A stretch of DNA of 64,000 bases from Rhodothermales bacterium (GCA_041690215.1 JAWLHQ010000003.1:193792-257791); one strand, 5' to 3'. Shown: positions 29,583 through 39,476, counted from the stretch's first letter. A program made the numbers and translations. The notes: generated by a model not told the origin, from the sequence alone.

Positions 29583-30278
29583 ATGTCCTTACAGAACCGT
29601 AAAGTTGTTATCATTGGCGGTAGCGCAGGGATCGGCCTGGCTACGGCGGTAGCCGCCGCTGCTGCCGGCGCGCACGTCGTAGTCGGCGCCCGAGATGCAC
29701 GGGAACTCAGTAAAATGTCGAGCGAAGCCAGGGCCAGCATCGACTTCTGTAAACTGGACGTGCGCGACGTGCGCGGGGTGGACTACTGCATCGACCAGAT
29801 CGGTCCTTTCGACCATCTGGTCTACACGGCCGTGGAGCCTCACAACGCGCCATTTCTCGAGATGGAAATCGAGGAGGCCCATAAGGTATTCGACGTGAAG
29901 TTCTGGGGAGCGATGGCCGCCATCCAGAGCGCTGCGCCATCCATCTTAGAAGGGGGGTCGGTCACCCTGTTCTCCGGCGTATCCGCCCACAAACCGATCC
30001 GTGGTCTATCCCTGCTTGCGGCTGCGAATGGCGCTATCGAAGCCCTCGTTCGCTCACTTGCCGTCGAACTGAGTCCAATCCGGGTAAATGCTGTCTCACC
30101 GGGGCTCGTGGATACACATGGCATGCGTGACGAGCAGCGAGAAGCGCTTGCCTCCACCCTTCCCACCCGGCGCGTCGGGACGGCCGCCGATGTCGCTCAG
30201 GCTGCTCTTTTCGCAATGCAAAACACGTTCATGACGGGCACCGTGATCCACGTAGACGGCGGCGACAAGCTGGTGTAA
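29583..30278 (+). CDS. short-chain dehydrogenase/reductase
   Basis: GGSAGIG, KFWG, RVNAVSPG.VDT, VDGG; lacks canonical YxxxK (LAAAN). Confidence 0.88.
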   Translation: MSLQNRKVVIIGGSAGIGLATAVAAAAAGAHVVVGARDARELSKMSSEARASIDFCKLDVRDVRGVDYCIDQIGPFDHLVYTAVEPHNAPFLEMEIEEAHKVFDVKFWGAMAAIQSAAPSILEGGSVTLFSGVSAHKPIRGLSLLAAANGAIEALVRSLAVELSPIRVNAVSPGLVDTHGMRDEQREALASTLPTRRVGTAADVAQAALFAMQNTFMTGTVIHVDGGDKLV

Positions 30279-30461
30279 ACACGTATACCGTATGGATCCA
30301 AACACCGATGAACCGGCGAAACAGAAGCCGCGCAGGTAGCCCTTGAACGGCTAACACCTCATTACAAATTACTTTCAATTGAAAGCCCGTAATTCCCAAA
30401 CCTTCGTCGATCTGGAAAGGTCATACTAGCAACCAACATCGATAGCACAGACGAAACGACG

Positions 30462-30854
30462 ATGCCAAATACTTCAGAAGCGCTCAACTGGTCACCCGTA
30501 CACGACCTTGCGCTCATCTATCTAGCTCTGACACATGGAGCTGATGCCGAGATCGATCCGAACGAAATGTCCGTCATGTCGCAGAAGCTGCGCCAGTGGA
30601 CTCCAGAGGATTCGATCCGCAAACTAAACGACGTCCTGGAGGAGGTCATGCTCGTCTACGTCGGCGAATCCAGAGCCCAGATGCTGGATACGTCCGTCGC
30701 TTCACTCCGGGAGACCATTCCCAGAAAGCAACGCATCGCGATCCTCAACGACCTGGCCGATATCGCCTCGGCAGACGGCATGATCGTGCCCGGAGAGGTG
30801 GGCTTCATTCAGCACCTCGCCCAGCAGTGGGAGGTCGACAAGGATATCAACTAG
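30462..30854 (+). CDS. TerB-family protein
   Basis: [11 protein letters not shown] and IASADG.I.PGE duplicated metal-binding-like motifs. Confidence 0.8.
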   Translation: MPNTSEALNWSPVHDLALIYLALTHGADAEIDPNEMSVMSQKLRQWTPEDSIRKLNDVLEEVMLVYVGESRAQMLDTSVASLRETIPRKQRIAILNDLADIASADGMIVPGEVGFIQHLAQQWEVDKDIN

Positions 30855-31632
30855 CGGCGGAAACGATCGGATTGAGCGGCGTGGCCGTATTCGTACGTGC
30901 GATCACACTGTAGGCCGCACCTACGATACCTGCGTGGTTCTGCAACTCCGCGGGGACGAGCTCGGCTTGTGTTTTCAGCAGGTCGAAAAATTTGGCGCGT
31001 TTCTTCGGCTTGCTGGCGCCTCCACCAAAGATGATCAGGTCTGGCGCGAGGAGGAATTCGATGCGGTCCAGGTATTCCTGTACCCGCTTAGCCCAGCGTT
31101 TCCAGCCCAACTTTTTATCACGACGGGCCCGGTCGGAAGCATAGTGCTCGGCCACCATACCGTGTAGCGCGATGTGCCCCAACTCCGTGTTTGGAACCAG
31201 CGTCTTGTTCACGAATAGCGCCGAGCCGATCCCCGTTCCAAACGTCAGGAGCAAGACGACATCCAGCCGATCGCGACCCGCTCCGAAGCCCATCTCGGCC
31301 ATTCCCGCCGCGTCTGCATCGTTGATGACGGTGGCCGTAAGCCCGGTCTTCCGGTACAGGATCTCCTCCACGTTCGTCCCGATCCACGACGAGTCGATGT
31401 TCGCTGCCGTGAGGGCCGTACCCTGCTTGATGCGCGCCGGGAAGGCACACCCGAAGGGCCCTTTCCAATCGAAGTGCTGTACGATCTCGACTACGACGTC
31501 CGTGACGGCGTCCGGAGTTGCCGGCTTCGGTGTCGGCACTCTGAACCGTTCGGCTGTAAGCGTACCGGTCGTGACGTCCACGGTCGCGCCCTTGATGCCT
31601 GAGCCTCCGATATCAATGCCCAGTATCTCCAC
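30847..31632 (-). CDS. ppgK: polyphosphate glucokinase (ROK family)
   Basis: [47 protein letters not shown]; no ROK Cys-Zn motif. Confidence 0.88.
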   Translation of the reverse strand: MEILGIDIGGSGIKGATVDVTTGTLTAERFRVPTPKPATPDAVTDVVVEIVQHFDWKGPFGCAFPARIKQGTALTAANIDSSWIGTNVEEILYRKTGLTATVINDADAAGMAEMGFGAGRDRLDVVLLLTFGTGIGSALFVNKTLVPNTELGHIALHGMVAEHYASDRARRDKKLGWKRWAKRVQEYLDRIEFLLAPDLIIFGGGASKPKKRAKFFDLLKTQAELVPAELQNHAGIVGAAYSVIARTNTATPLNPIVSAAS

Positions 31633-32044
31633 GATATTGAGGGGAAGGATGAGTAGGTGATGCCGTTCGCATGTTAACCAGAAATCCTGGCTTCAATCAA
31701 TGCCGCGGTGTGAAGCAAACGCAAAGTCCAGCATACCGTATGCTGCGGTTCGTCCCCTCCTGCCCTGTTCGGAGCCGTTGAAGACTGCAGGAAATCCCCC
31801 GCTGCATCGACATGAGTGCCTTGCCGGCGCATAACGTACGCCACGAAACGTCATTCGACGACGCCAGAATTGCACTCACCTCCACTCTGACGCACTATCG
31901 CATGGTTAGTTTGTTTATTTTGCGACGCCTTACTACGGACTCGTGTCCTGGTCTTACGAGCCAGGGGTGCATTGCGTAAAACTTCTCCCCGATGGACGCG
32001 TACCATCCCCGGAGCAATTTTCATTTTTTTCTGAAAGCATAGTC

Positions 32045-33085
32045 ATGCTCGATAGCACACAGGTGAATGCTGGGGGAGATGGCTACGGTGTGATCACGTC
32101 CGCGCCGGTCCGCCCGATGGCCTTGAGCGAGCTACGGCGTCCGGTCGAACAGGAGCTAGCGGCGTTCAAGACGTACTTCCGTGAAGCCATGCGCTCACCT
32201 GTGGGACTGCTGGATAAAGTGACGCAGTATGTCTTGAGGCAGAAAGGCAAGCGCGTCCGCCCCCTCCTCGTCCTGCTGTCGGCCAAGACCTGCGGTGAGA
32301 TCACAGAGTCGAGTTACCGGGCTGCCGCACTCGTCGAACTGCTCCATACTGCTACGCTCGTCCATGATGACGTCGTGGATGAAGCCGACCGGCGCAGGGG
32401 GATGTTCTCGATCAATGCCCTGTGGAAGAACAAGATCGCCGTACTGTTCGGCGACTTCCTGTTGAGCCGCGGATTGTTGCTTGCACTGGATTACCGCGAG
32501 TACGACCTCCTGCATACGGTGTCCGATGCCGTGCGCCGCATGAGCGAGGGTGAACTGCTCCAGATCGAGAAGTCCCGTCTCCTCGACATCGACGAAGAAA
32601 CCTATTTCCGCATCATTTCGGACAAAACGGCGTCCCTCATTTCTGCCTGTACGGCCTCCGGTGCCATCAGCGTCACCTCGGACGAAGAGGTCATACAGTG
32701 CATGCGGACGGTCGGCGAAAAGTTGGGGCTGGCATTCCAGATCCGGGACGACCTGTTCGACTTCGGTGTCGCAGACGTGGGCAAACCGCTCGGCATCGAT
32801 CTGAAAGAAAAGAAAATGACGCTTCCGCTCATCTACGCGTTGCGCGAATCACCGCGAAGCGAGCAGCAACGTATCATGAAGATCATAAAGCAGAAGCGAA
32901 AGAACAGCGCTGACGTGCGCGAGGTCGCGGCCTTCGTAGAGCAGGCGGGCGGTATAGCCTATGCACGGACCATGATGAAGACCCTCGCGCAGGAAGCCCG
33001 CTCGCTACTCCATCAGTTTCCCGACAGCGAAGCACGCCAGGCCTTGATCGGACTGGTGGATTACACCGTCACACGAACCAAGTGA
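32045..33085 (+). CDS. long-chain polyprenyl diphosphate synthase
   Basis: GKRVRP, ELLHTATLVHDDVVD..RRG, GD, KTASL, FQIRDD, GKP.G.DL.E.K.TLP; start uncertain. Confidence 0.93.
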   Translation: MLDSTQVNAGGDGYGVITSAPVRPMALSELRRPVEQELAAFKTYFREAMRSPVGLLDKVTQYVLRQKGKRVRPLLVLLSAKTCGEITESSYRAAALVELLHTATLVHDDVVDEADRRRGMFSINALWKNKIAVLFGDFLLSRGLLLALDYREYDLLHTVSDAVRRMSEGELLQIEKSRLLDIDEETYFRIISDKTASLISACTASGAISVTSDEEVIQCMRTVGEKLGLAFQIRDDLFDFGVADVGKPLGIDLKEKKMTLPLIYALRESPRSEQQRIMKIIKQKRKNSADVREVAAFVEQAGGIAYARTMMKTLAQEARSLLHQFPDSEARQALIGLVDYTVTRTK

Positions 33086-33172
33086 TTCGGGGTTTTGAAT
33101 GTTAGATTTTGGATTCCCATTCCGGGCATTCACTTTATCCTGATCCAGAATCCGCAGTTTAAAATCCAAAAT
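33086..33172. repeat. inverted heptamer tandem arrays (TTTTGGA/TCCAAAA family)
   Basis: TTTTGAA TGTTAGA TTTTGGA ... TCCAGAA TCCGCAG TTTAAAA TCCAAAA. Confidence 0.65.
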
Positions 33173-33178
33173 TGACGC

Positions 33179-33925
33179 ATGCCCACCCTCCACCTGCTCG
33201 GAACCGGAGCCGCCGTCAGTGATCCGCACCGTACGACGACGATGCTGGCCCTGGCACACGAAGCATCCACGATCGTGGTGGACTGCGGCGGTGATGTGAT
33301 CCAGCGGCTACAGGCGACTGGCATCGACCCGGATACCATCACCGGCCTGATTGTCACGCATGAACACCCGGACCACGTCAGTGGCTTTCCGCTTTTCATG
33401 GAGAAGATCTGGCTGGGCGGGCGGCGCAGGCCCATCCCCGTGTACGGGATCCACGCAGCAATCGACCAGGCACGGCGCTGCTTCGAAACGTTCAATACCA
33501 AGGGCTGGGCGGAGATGCCCGAAATCGAATGGAATGAAGTCCCGCTCGACGAGGACGTAACCGTACTGGAGGATGCCGTCTGGCGCGTGACGGCTACGCC
33601 GGGCGATCACGGTGTACCGGTCATCGCCCTTCGCTTCGAACACCGGGAAACGGGACGCTCCGTTACGTATTCCTGCGACACCAAGCCGTCCGAAAACGTT
33701 GCCCGGCTGGCACGCGGTACGGATATCCTCGTACATGAGGCTACCGGAGAGGGACCGTGGCACTCTTCCCCCGAAGAGGCCGCCCTCATTGCGGCACAGG
33801 CCGGCCCCCGGCAGCTTCTCCTTGTCCACCTCCCGCCCGGCCTCACGGATGCCGACCTCTCGCAAGCCCGGCGCACGTTTGCCGAGACCTACGTGGGCGA
33901 AGAACTCGGAACGTATCCCTTTTAG
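33179..33925 (+). CDS. MBL-fold metallohydrolase, RNase Z-like
   Basis: LGTG, VDCG, THEHPDH, YSCDT.P, HEAT, HS, VH. Confidence 0.85.
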   Translation: MPTLHLLGTGAAVSDPHRTTTMLALAHEASTIVVDCGGDVIQRLQATGIDPDTITGLIVTHEHPDHVSGFPLFMEKIWLGGRRRPIPVYGIHAAIDQARRCFETFNTKGWAEMPEIEWNEVPLDEDVTVLEDAVWRVTATPGDHGVPVIALRFEHRETGRSVTYSCDTKPSENVARLARGTDILVHEATGEGPWHSSPEEAALIAAQAGPRQLLLVHLPPGLTDADLSQARRTFAETYVGEELGTYPF

Positions 33926-33977
33926 CGGCGAACTCCTTGCCGCGTAATGACGAACAGATGGGGGCTCCTGCCCTGCT

Positions 33978-35957
33978 TCAGACAATCTGCTCGCGCGGCT
34001 GCCACTGATCCAGGAATTCGATGGCCTTCGGCGTCAAGAGGTACGAGCCGGTAGCATCCCCCTTCGACCGCAGGTACCCCTCTTGCAAGAGCCAGTCTAT
34101 CAAACCGTCAACCTGCGTTGCTGCAACCTCCTCCTGAAGCCTCCACGCGGTACGCGGCTGGCCGTTACGAGCCTGAACCAGAATCTGCCGGAGCAATGGC
34201 TCCGCCTCTGGAGTGATCTGCACACCGTGATTCCTGCCGAGACATATGTCGCACGCGCCGCAACCGTCGGCGCATGCCTCCCCGAAGTACGTAAGCAGGA
34301 AGTGACGCCGGCAGGAAACGGACCGCGCGTAACGAAGCATATCCTCCAATCTCGCCTCAGCACGCCACAACGACCGCTGAACGGCCGCTCCATCGACAGG
34401 AAGTTTCGTGGGACGGGCCGCGTTGAAAATCACCCGTAACTCATCTCCAGGAGCATACCAGTCTATCACGCCACGCTGCTTCAAAAAATCGAGGCCGCGC
34501 AAGAGCCTCACACGCGGCAAGCGGGTACTCCGCTCCAAGCGACGGAGATCGATCTCCCACCATTCGGAAAAGGCATCGGCATGGACCGTGCGCAACAGCG
34601 CGCTCACGAAGGCCGCCAGCGATCTGTTCTCCAGGTCGGCAGCCATTTCCCGGATGGTACGGGCAGGCTGCCGGAACCGGACCTGGGCATGATGCCCTCT
34701 CGATACCGGCACGGTCCACGTCTCTTGCCTGACCAGCAGGTCCACCGCCGTCCGGATCTTGCCGGCGCCGAACCCCGTGAGCCGGGCCACCGCCTCGTAG
34801 CTGGTGCTGACGGGTTTCTCCGGACGGGAGCCGATGGCGATGCGTCCCAGGTTGCATACGGCCTCATACACCTGCTGAACGGCCTTGACGTCCGGGTGGG
34901 ACTCCATGAGCAGTGCGCGCTGCGTAACCTCGTCGCGCGCATCATACAGTAGAACGGCGTAGGCCTTCTGCCCGTCTCGACCCGCACGGCCTGCTTCCTG
35001 GTAGTACATCTCCAGCGACCCCGGCATATCCACGTGAACGACGAAGCGAACATCCGGCTTGTCGATCCCCATGCCGAAGGCGTTCGTCGCCACGACGAGC
35101 CGTACATCCCCCCTCAGCCACGCATCCTGAACTTCGGAACGGCGCTCACTGCTTAACCCGGCGTGGTACGGCGAGGCGATCTCTCCTTCCTCATTCAGCC
35201 ATTCCGCCCATTCTTCGGCCCCTCGCCGCGTAGCGGCATACAGGATGCCGGAGCCAGAAACACCGCGAACCACATCCAGAACTTTCGCCCGTTTATTCTC
35301 GCCCCGGAAGATGGACCACACGATATTAGGGCGGTCGAACCCGTGGACGAACACGCGCGGCGCGCGCAGATCGAGGTGCTCTACGATGTCCCGCCGAACT
35401 TCGGGAGTTGCAGTGGCCGTCACTGCCATCGTGGGGGGATCGCCCAACAGGCGCCGAGCCGCCTTGATCTCCAGGTAGGCACGGCGGAAGTGGTGCCCCC
35501 ACTCGCTGATGCAGTGTGCTTCATCCACGACCAGCCGCTCTACCTTCAGCCGGCCGGCCCTCGCCAGAAACAACTCCGACCGGAGCCGTTCAGGAGCTAC
35601 GTACAGGAGTCGGTACCGCCCGAACTCGGCATCCGTCCAGCATTGATCGATGGCACGCGCAGACAGGGTGCCGTTGATGAAGGCCGCCGGAATACCCCGT
35701 GCATTCAACCCGGCTACCTGATCCTGCATGAGAGCGACGAGCGGTGAGATAACCAGGGTCAATCCCCCACTGCACACGGCAGGAAGCTGGTAGCAGAGTG
35801 ACTTGCCGCCCCCCGTCGGTAGAACGGCCAGAACATCCCGCCCTTCCAGTGCTGCTTCGATAATCTCCCACTGACCCGGCCGAAACGTCTCATGCTTCCA
35901 GTGTTTCCGGAGCACCGTCTCCGCCTGGTTCTTCGATGCGATGGGATCAGCGGACAT
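33978..35957 (-). CDS. RecQ-family ATP-dependent DNA helicase
   Basis: FRPGQ, PTGGGKSLCYQLP, DEAHCISEWGH.FR, ATNAFGMGIDK, YYQEAGRAGRDG, Zn site CRR...CG.CD.C. Confidence 0.93.
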   Translation of the reverse strand: MSADPIASKNQAETVLRKHWKHETFRPGQWEIIEAALEGRDVLAVLPTGGGKSLCYQLPAVCSGGLTLVISPLVALMQDQVAGLNARGIPAAFINGTLSARAIDQCWTDAEFGRYRLLYVAPERLRSELFLARAGRLKVERLVVDEAHCISEWGHHFRRAYLEIKAARRLLGDPPTMAVTATATPEVRRDIVEHLDLRAPRVFVHGFDRPNIVWSIFRGENKRAKVLDVVRGVSGSGILYAATRRGAEEWAEWLNEEGEIASPYHAGLSSERRSEVQDAWLRGDVRLVVATNAFGMGIDKPDVRFVVHVDMPGSLEMYYQEAGRAGRDGQKAYAVLLYDARDEVTQRALLMESHPDVKAVQQVYEAVCNLGRIAIGSRPEKPVSTSYEAVARLTGFGAGKIRTAVDLLVRQETWTVPVSRGHHAQVRFRQPARTIREMAADLENRSLAAFVSALLRTVHADAFSEWWEIDLRRLERSTRLPRVRLLRGLDFLKQRGVIDWYAPGDELRVIFNAARPTKLPVDGAAVQRSLWRAEARLEDMLRYARSVSCRRHFLLTYFGEACADGCGACDICLGRNHGVQITPEAEPLLRQILVQARNGQPRTAWRLQEEVAATQVDGLIDWLLQEGYLRSKGDATGSYLLTPKAIEFLDQWQPREQIV

Positions 35958-36027
35958 GTCGGCCCTTTCCGTCGTACAACAACCAGGGACTTACAAAGCA
36001 GAAAGATACGGCGCAGCCTCGGACAGA

Positions 36028-37344
36028 TCAGGAGGGGAAGAGAATCCGTTCGCGTAGACGTTCCGCATCGCCGCGAGTGACCGCCACAAAGATGTCATCC
36101 CGATTACGCCACACGAGCACGCGCTCCGCCCCCAGGTCGTGCAAATCGAAATGCTCGTCATCTTCGATTTGCCTCAGGATATCCGCAGCGAGGGTCACAC
36201 GCGTGCGATTGCGGTCCAGAAGAGCATAGCTATACGCAAAAAGAAGAAGCGGCTGCTCGGATACCTCGTCTTCGTAGTAAAAGACCGGCATCTTCACATC
36301 GCTCGTGACCTCGGTGATGCTTACACCACGCAGCGGCGCCTGGTCGATTTCGGGCAGCGTCAGCCGGAGGCCGAACGTGTCCAGCACGTATCGCTCCGCA
36401 TCTTCCGGACTGGACGTTTCCATATCGATCTCCACGTCGCCGGCATGTTGTGCCACCAGCGTAATCAGGTTCTGTTCTCTCGGAGAGCTCACGTGCCGCG
36501 ACACGAAATACGCTGCGAGCCCGGTCGCGAATACGAGCACAATGGCGAACAGCACACCCCGAAGCCGGGCTCCCTGGTTCCGTTGGGGCGGCAATGCAGG
36601 CCCTCGGTCAGGTGGACGGGCGTGAGCGGGCCGGGCGACCTCATGGCCATTAGAAACGCCGGCCGTTGCTGCTGCGGCGTCTACGGACATCCGCAGCGCG
36701 GAAGGCAGCGGCGCGAACTCGCTTCGGAGAACGTGCCTGAGCGATCCTAGCATCCAGTTGGACGACAGACTGGCCGACAGGAGTTGCCATTCGTGACCGG
36801 TCGCACCGGCATGGATCGCTTCGTAAACCCGCTGGTGTGCCTCGTCCAGCTTCCGGCATGCAGATTCCGGTTCGATCCCCAACACATCCGCCGCACGCTC
36901 ACAGGGCATCCCTTCGACGTCGCAGAGCAGAAGCAGCGCCCGCAGTTCGTCCGGGAGAGCCATGATGGCCACTGGAAGAATGCGTTCCAGGACGTGCTCG
37001 GCCACACGACGTCGATAGTCCGGAACGTTTTCTCCTGGTCCTGCTTCCGCATCCGGCGCCGCCTGCTCCTCTTCCACGGTATCCGAGGTGGATTCCATGG
37101 ATGCATCCCGGTACAAGGTCATGAGAATCTGGTACAATCGCTGCCGCTTCTGATCATCTGGTGTTCCGGGAGAAACCTCGCGTGCTGCGCGATGGCAGGT
37201 TTCCTCTACCAGTATGGTTGCGCGCGCTTCATCCAGTGTCAGTGCCTGGGCAAACCGGTACAAGCCATCCAGGTAGGGCTGAAACCATGCGCCTGGCTTA
37301 TTGGACGGACTCAGTGAGGTATGATCAGAAGATTCATGCATCAC
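36028..37344 (-). CDS. fusion: degenerate ECF sigma-like domain + TM helix + anti-sigma-type C-terminal domain
   Basis: PYLDGLYRFA..LT (region 2), LPDELR..LLL.DVEG......A.VLGI (region 4), TM GVLFAIVLVFATGLAAYFV, C-terminal LPEI...LRG...P.FYYED...VWR. Confidence 0.72.
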   Translation of the reverse strand: MMHESSDHTSLSPSNKPGAWFQPYLDGLYRFAQALTLDEARATILVEETCHRAAREVSPGTPDDQKRQRLYQILMTLYRDASMESTSDTVEEEQAAPDAEAGPGENVPDYRRRVAEHVLERILPVAIMALPDELRALLLLCDVEGMPCERAADVLGIEPESACRKLDEAHQRVYEAIHAGATGHEWQLLSASLSSNWMLGSLRHVLRSEFAPLPSALRMSVDAAAATAGVSNGHEVARPAHARPPDRGPALPPQRNQGARLRGVLFAIVLVFATGLAAYFVSRHVSSPREQNLITLVAQHAGDVEIDMETSSPEDAERYVLDTFGLRLTLPEIDQAPLRGVSITEVTSDVKMPVFYYEDEVSEQPLLLFAYSYALLDRNRTRVTLAADILRQIEDDEHFDLHDLGAERVLVWRNRDDIFVAVTRGDAERLRERILFPS

Positions 37345-37377
37345 GACAGGTACCCTGCTCGATGACCGGAGCGGACG

Positions 37378-38181
37378 TCACGTACGTTTATCGACAAACA
37401 CGATATTAACGGAAGCGCCCTTTCGAATGCTGAACAGACTGGAGGCGTTCCCGGTATTCACGGCGATCTCCAGGACATCTCCGCTGCCAAACAGCATCAG
37501 CGGCTCTCCAGCAGCTACGTCTGCGTACGTCGTAGATAACCCCGCAACAATCGCCGTTCCGACATAGCATTTCACTGCCCGGCCGGCCCTGCGATCCTCG
37601 AAAAGTTTGCGCGGTATGTTCGTAATACAGTTACCGAAGTGATCGACGTGAACCACCCAGCCCTGTATGCCCTGTTCGTCGGCGATGGGCAAGGCCCAGT
37701 GGAGCGGTTCGAGCGCCTGCCCCGGCGAGCCCACTTCGTCCAGCGAGTGCCCTCCGGCCAGATGCGCCGCGACGGGCGCGAAAATGTCCCGGCCATGGAA
37801 GGTGGTGCTGGGTGTTTCAGTACGCCAGAACTCAGGCTTATCCAGCACGACCAGCTTATCCGGTTCCCGGCTACCCACAAGCAGCGTGAACAGCCCGTTA
37901 TCCGGCCCCACGAAGATCTGGCCGCCATGAGAAAGCGCGACGGCCCGGCGGCTGCTCCCTACCCCGGGATCCACCACGGCCAGATGGACCGTACCCGGTG
38001 GAAAATGCGGAGCGGCATCCCTCAACACAAAAGCTGCCTCCATGACATCTTGCGGCGCAACCTCGTGTGTGACATCGACGAGTGTTGCGGAAGCATGAAT
38101 CGAAAGCATGACGCCCTTCATCGCCGCTACGTAGGCGTCGCGTGAACCAAAATCCGTCGTTAACGTGATGATGTGAGCCAC
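37378..38181 (-). CDS. DUF62 SAM hydrolase (SAM hydroxide adenosyltransferase; fluorinase/chlorinase superfamily)
   Basis: ITLTTDFG..D.YV..MKG, VVDPGVG..RR, GPDNG, STTFHGRDIFAP, D.FGN..TN. Confidence 0.92.
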   Translation of the reverse strand: MAHIITLTTDFGSRDAYVAAMKGVMLSIHASATLVDVTHEVAPQDVMEAAFVLRDAAPHFPPGTVHLAVVDPGVGSSRRAVALSHGGQIFVGPDNGLFTLLVGSREPDKLVVLDKPEFWRTETPSTTFHGRDIFAPVAAHLAGGHSLDEVGSPGQALEPLHWALPIADEQGIQGWVVHVDHFGNCITNIPRKLFEDRRAGRAVKCYVGTAIVAGLSTTYADVAAGEPLMLFGSGDVLEIAVNTGNASSLFSIRKGASVNIVFVDKRT

Positions 38182-38377
38182 TGAACAGGGATTGACTGAT
38201 ATCTACAGAACTAACCGAGTGATGAGAATATAGCGGGGGACATGATACGCAACGGTTCCTGCCTCCGCATACGTTATCTTCAACGACGCGAGGTCTACGC
38301 TCGAACGGGCGGAACAGGACCCGGCAGCAGCGGTCTCAGGCAAAGGTACGGCGCGACGCAGAGATTCAGCCCTTCTG

Positions 38378-39037
38378 ATGAGCAAACAGGAAAATTCCAT
38401 AGCGGACGACGAGCCTTCTCCGGCGGGGTCTGCGCCGGAGCATAGCCCGCGGTATCAGGAGGCACTGGACAGGTTCATCCTGTTCTGGGGAGAAATGGCG
38501 TCCAGCTGGGGCATCAACCGTACCATGGCGCAAATTCACGCCCTGCTCTACGCCTCCGAGCATCCTCTGGATACGGATGAGATCATGCAGCGGCTTCAGA
38601 TCAGCCGCGGCAATGCAAACATGAACCTGCGTTCGCTCATCAACTGGAATCTCGTCCGCAAGATCCACCTCTCTGGCTCCCGCAAGGATTACTACACGGC
38701 TGAGAAGGACGTCTGGGAGATCACCTCGCAGATCGTGCGCGAACGTGAGAAGCGGGAGATTCGCCCGGTCATGCAGCAGTTGGAGGAGTGCCGTTCGATC
38801 CTCTCAGATACCGGCCACCCGCTGGACGCATCGGAAGAACAACTCAAAGAGCGCATCGAAAGCCTCATGCAACTCATGCAGGTATTCGAAGGAGTCTCCA
38901 AGACGTTCCTCCCACTCATCCAGAAACGGAACGCAGCCATGATCCGCCAGCTCATTGGCTTTGCCTCCACCCTGCAAAATCACACCGAAGAGATGGATGA
39001 GAACGTGTGGCAGGAAACGCATAAAGGCGAGAGATGA
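38378..39037 (+). CDS. GbsR/MarR-family transcriptional regulator
   Basis: FILFWGEMASSWGINRTMAQIHALL...DEIM..LQISRGN....LR.L..W. Confidence 0.88.
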   Translation: MSKQENSIADDEPSPAGSAPEHSPRYQEALDRFILFWGEMASSWGINRTMAQIHALLYASEHPLDTDEIMQRLQISRGNANMNLRSLINWNLVRKIHLSGSRKDYYTAEKDVWEITSQIVREREKREIRPVMQQLEECRSILSDTGHPLDASEEQLKERIESLMQLMQVFEGVSKTFLPLIQKRNAAMIRQLIGFASTLQNHTEEMDENVWQETHKGER

Positions 39038-39459
39038 GCGGGCATTACGTTCCAAGAATGGAAGCAGGACGGTTCACCATGTCAACTACGAAGCTCGGAG
39101 CCACAGGCGAGGATATTGCAGCACAATACTTGGAAGGGCTCGGATACTATGTTCTGGAGCGCAACTATCGCTTTGAAAAAGCAGAGGTAGACCTCGTCTG
39201 TTTCGAGCCGGCGGAAGTGTATGAACAGGGAGGAGAACTGGTTTTCGTGGAGGTCAAAACCCGTCGAGGAGTCGGGTTCGGCTTACCCGAAGAGGCCGTC
39301 ACCCCGGAAAAACAGCGTAATGTCATCAAAGCGGCCAAAGCGTTCCTCTACGAGCGTCACCTGGAAGGCTCCCCGTGTCGCTTCGATGTGATCAGTATCC
39401 TGCTCAAAAACAATCAGCCCAAAATCGAGCACTTCAAGAACGCATTCTGGAGCTTCTGA
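39034..39459 (+). CDS. YraN (UPF0102) family nuclease-like protein
   Basis: G..GE..A..YL...GY..LERNYR, EVDLV, FVEVKTR, CRFDVI; ATGA overlap with the upstream stop (alternative start 39079). Confidence 0.92.
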   Translation: MSGHYVPRMEAGRFTMSTTKLGATGEDIAAQYLEGLGYYVLERNYRFEKAEVDLVCFEPAEVYEQGGELVFVEVKTRRGVGFGLPEEAVTPEKQRNVIKAAKAFLYERHLEGSPCRFDVISILLKNNQPKIEHFKNAFWSF

Positions 39460-39476
39460 CGACAGCCGCAGGGCCC

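Noticed and set aside
30462-30854. Tellurite-resistance or defence island
   Set aside because: A single TerB-like gene with no other ter genes or mobility markers
37378-38181. Fluorinase/chlorinase natural-product cluster
   Set aside because: Motifs fit the widespread DUF62 hydrolase, and there are no biosynthetic genes nearby
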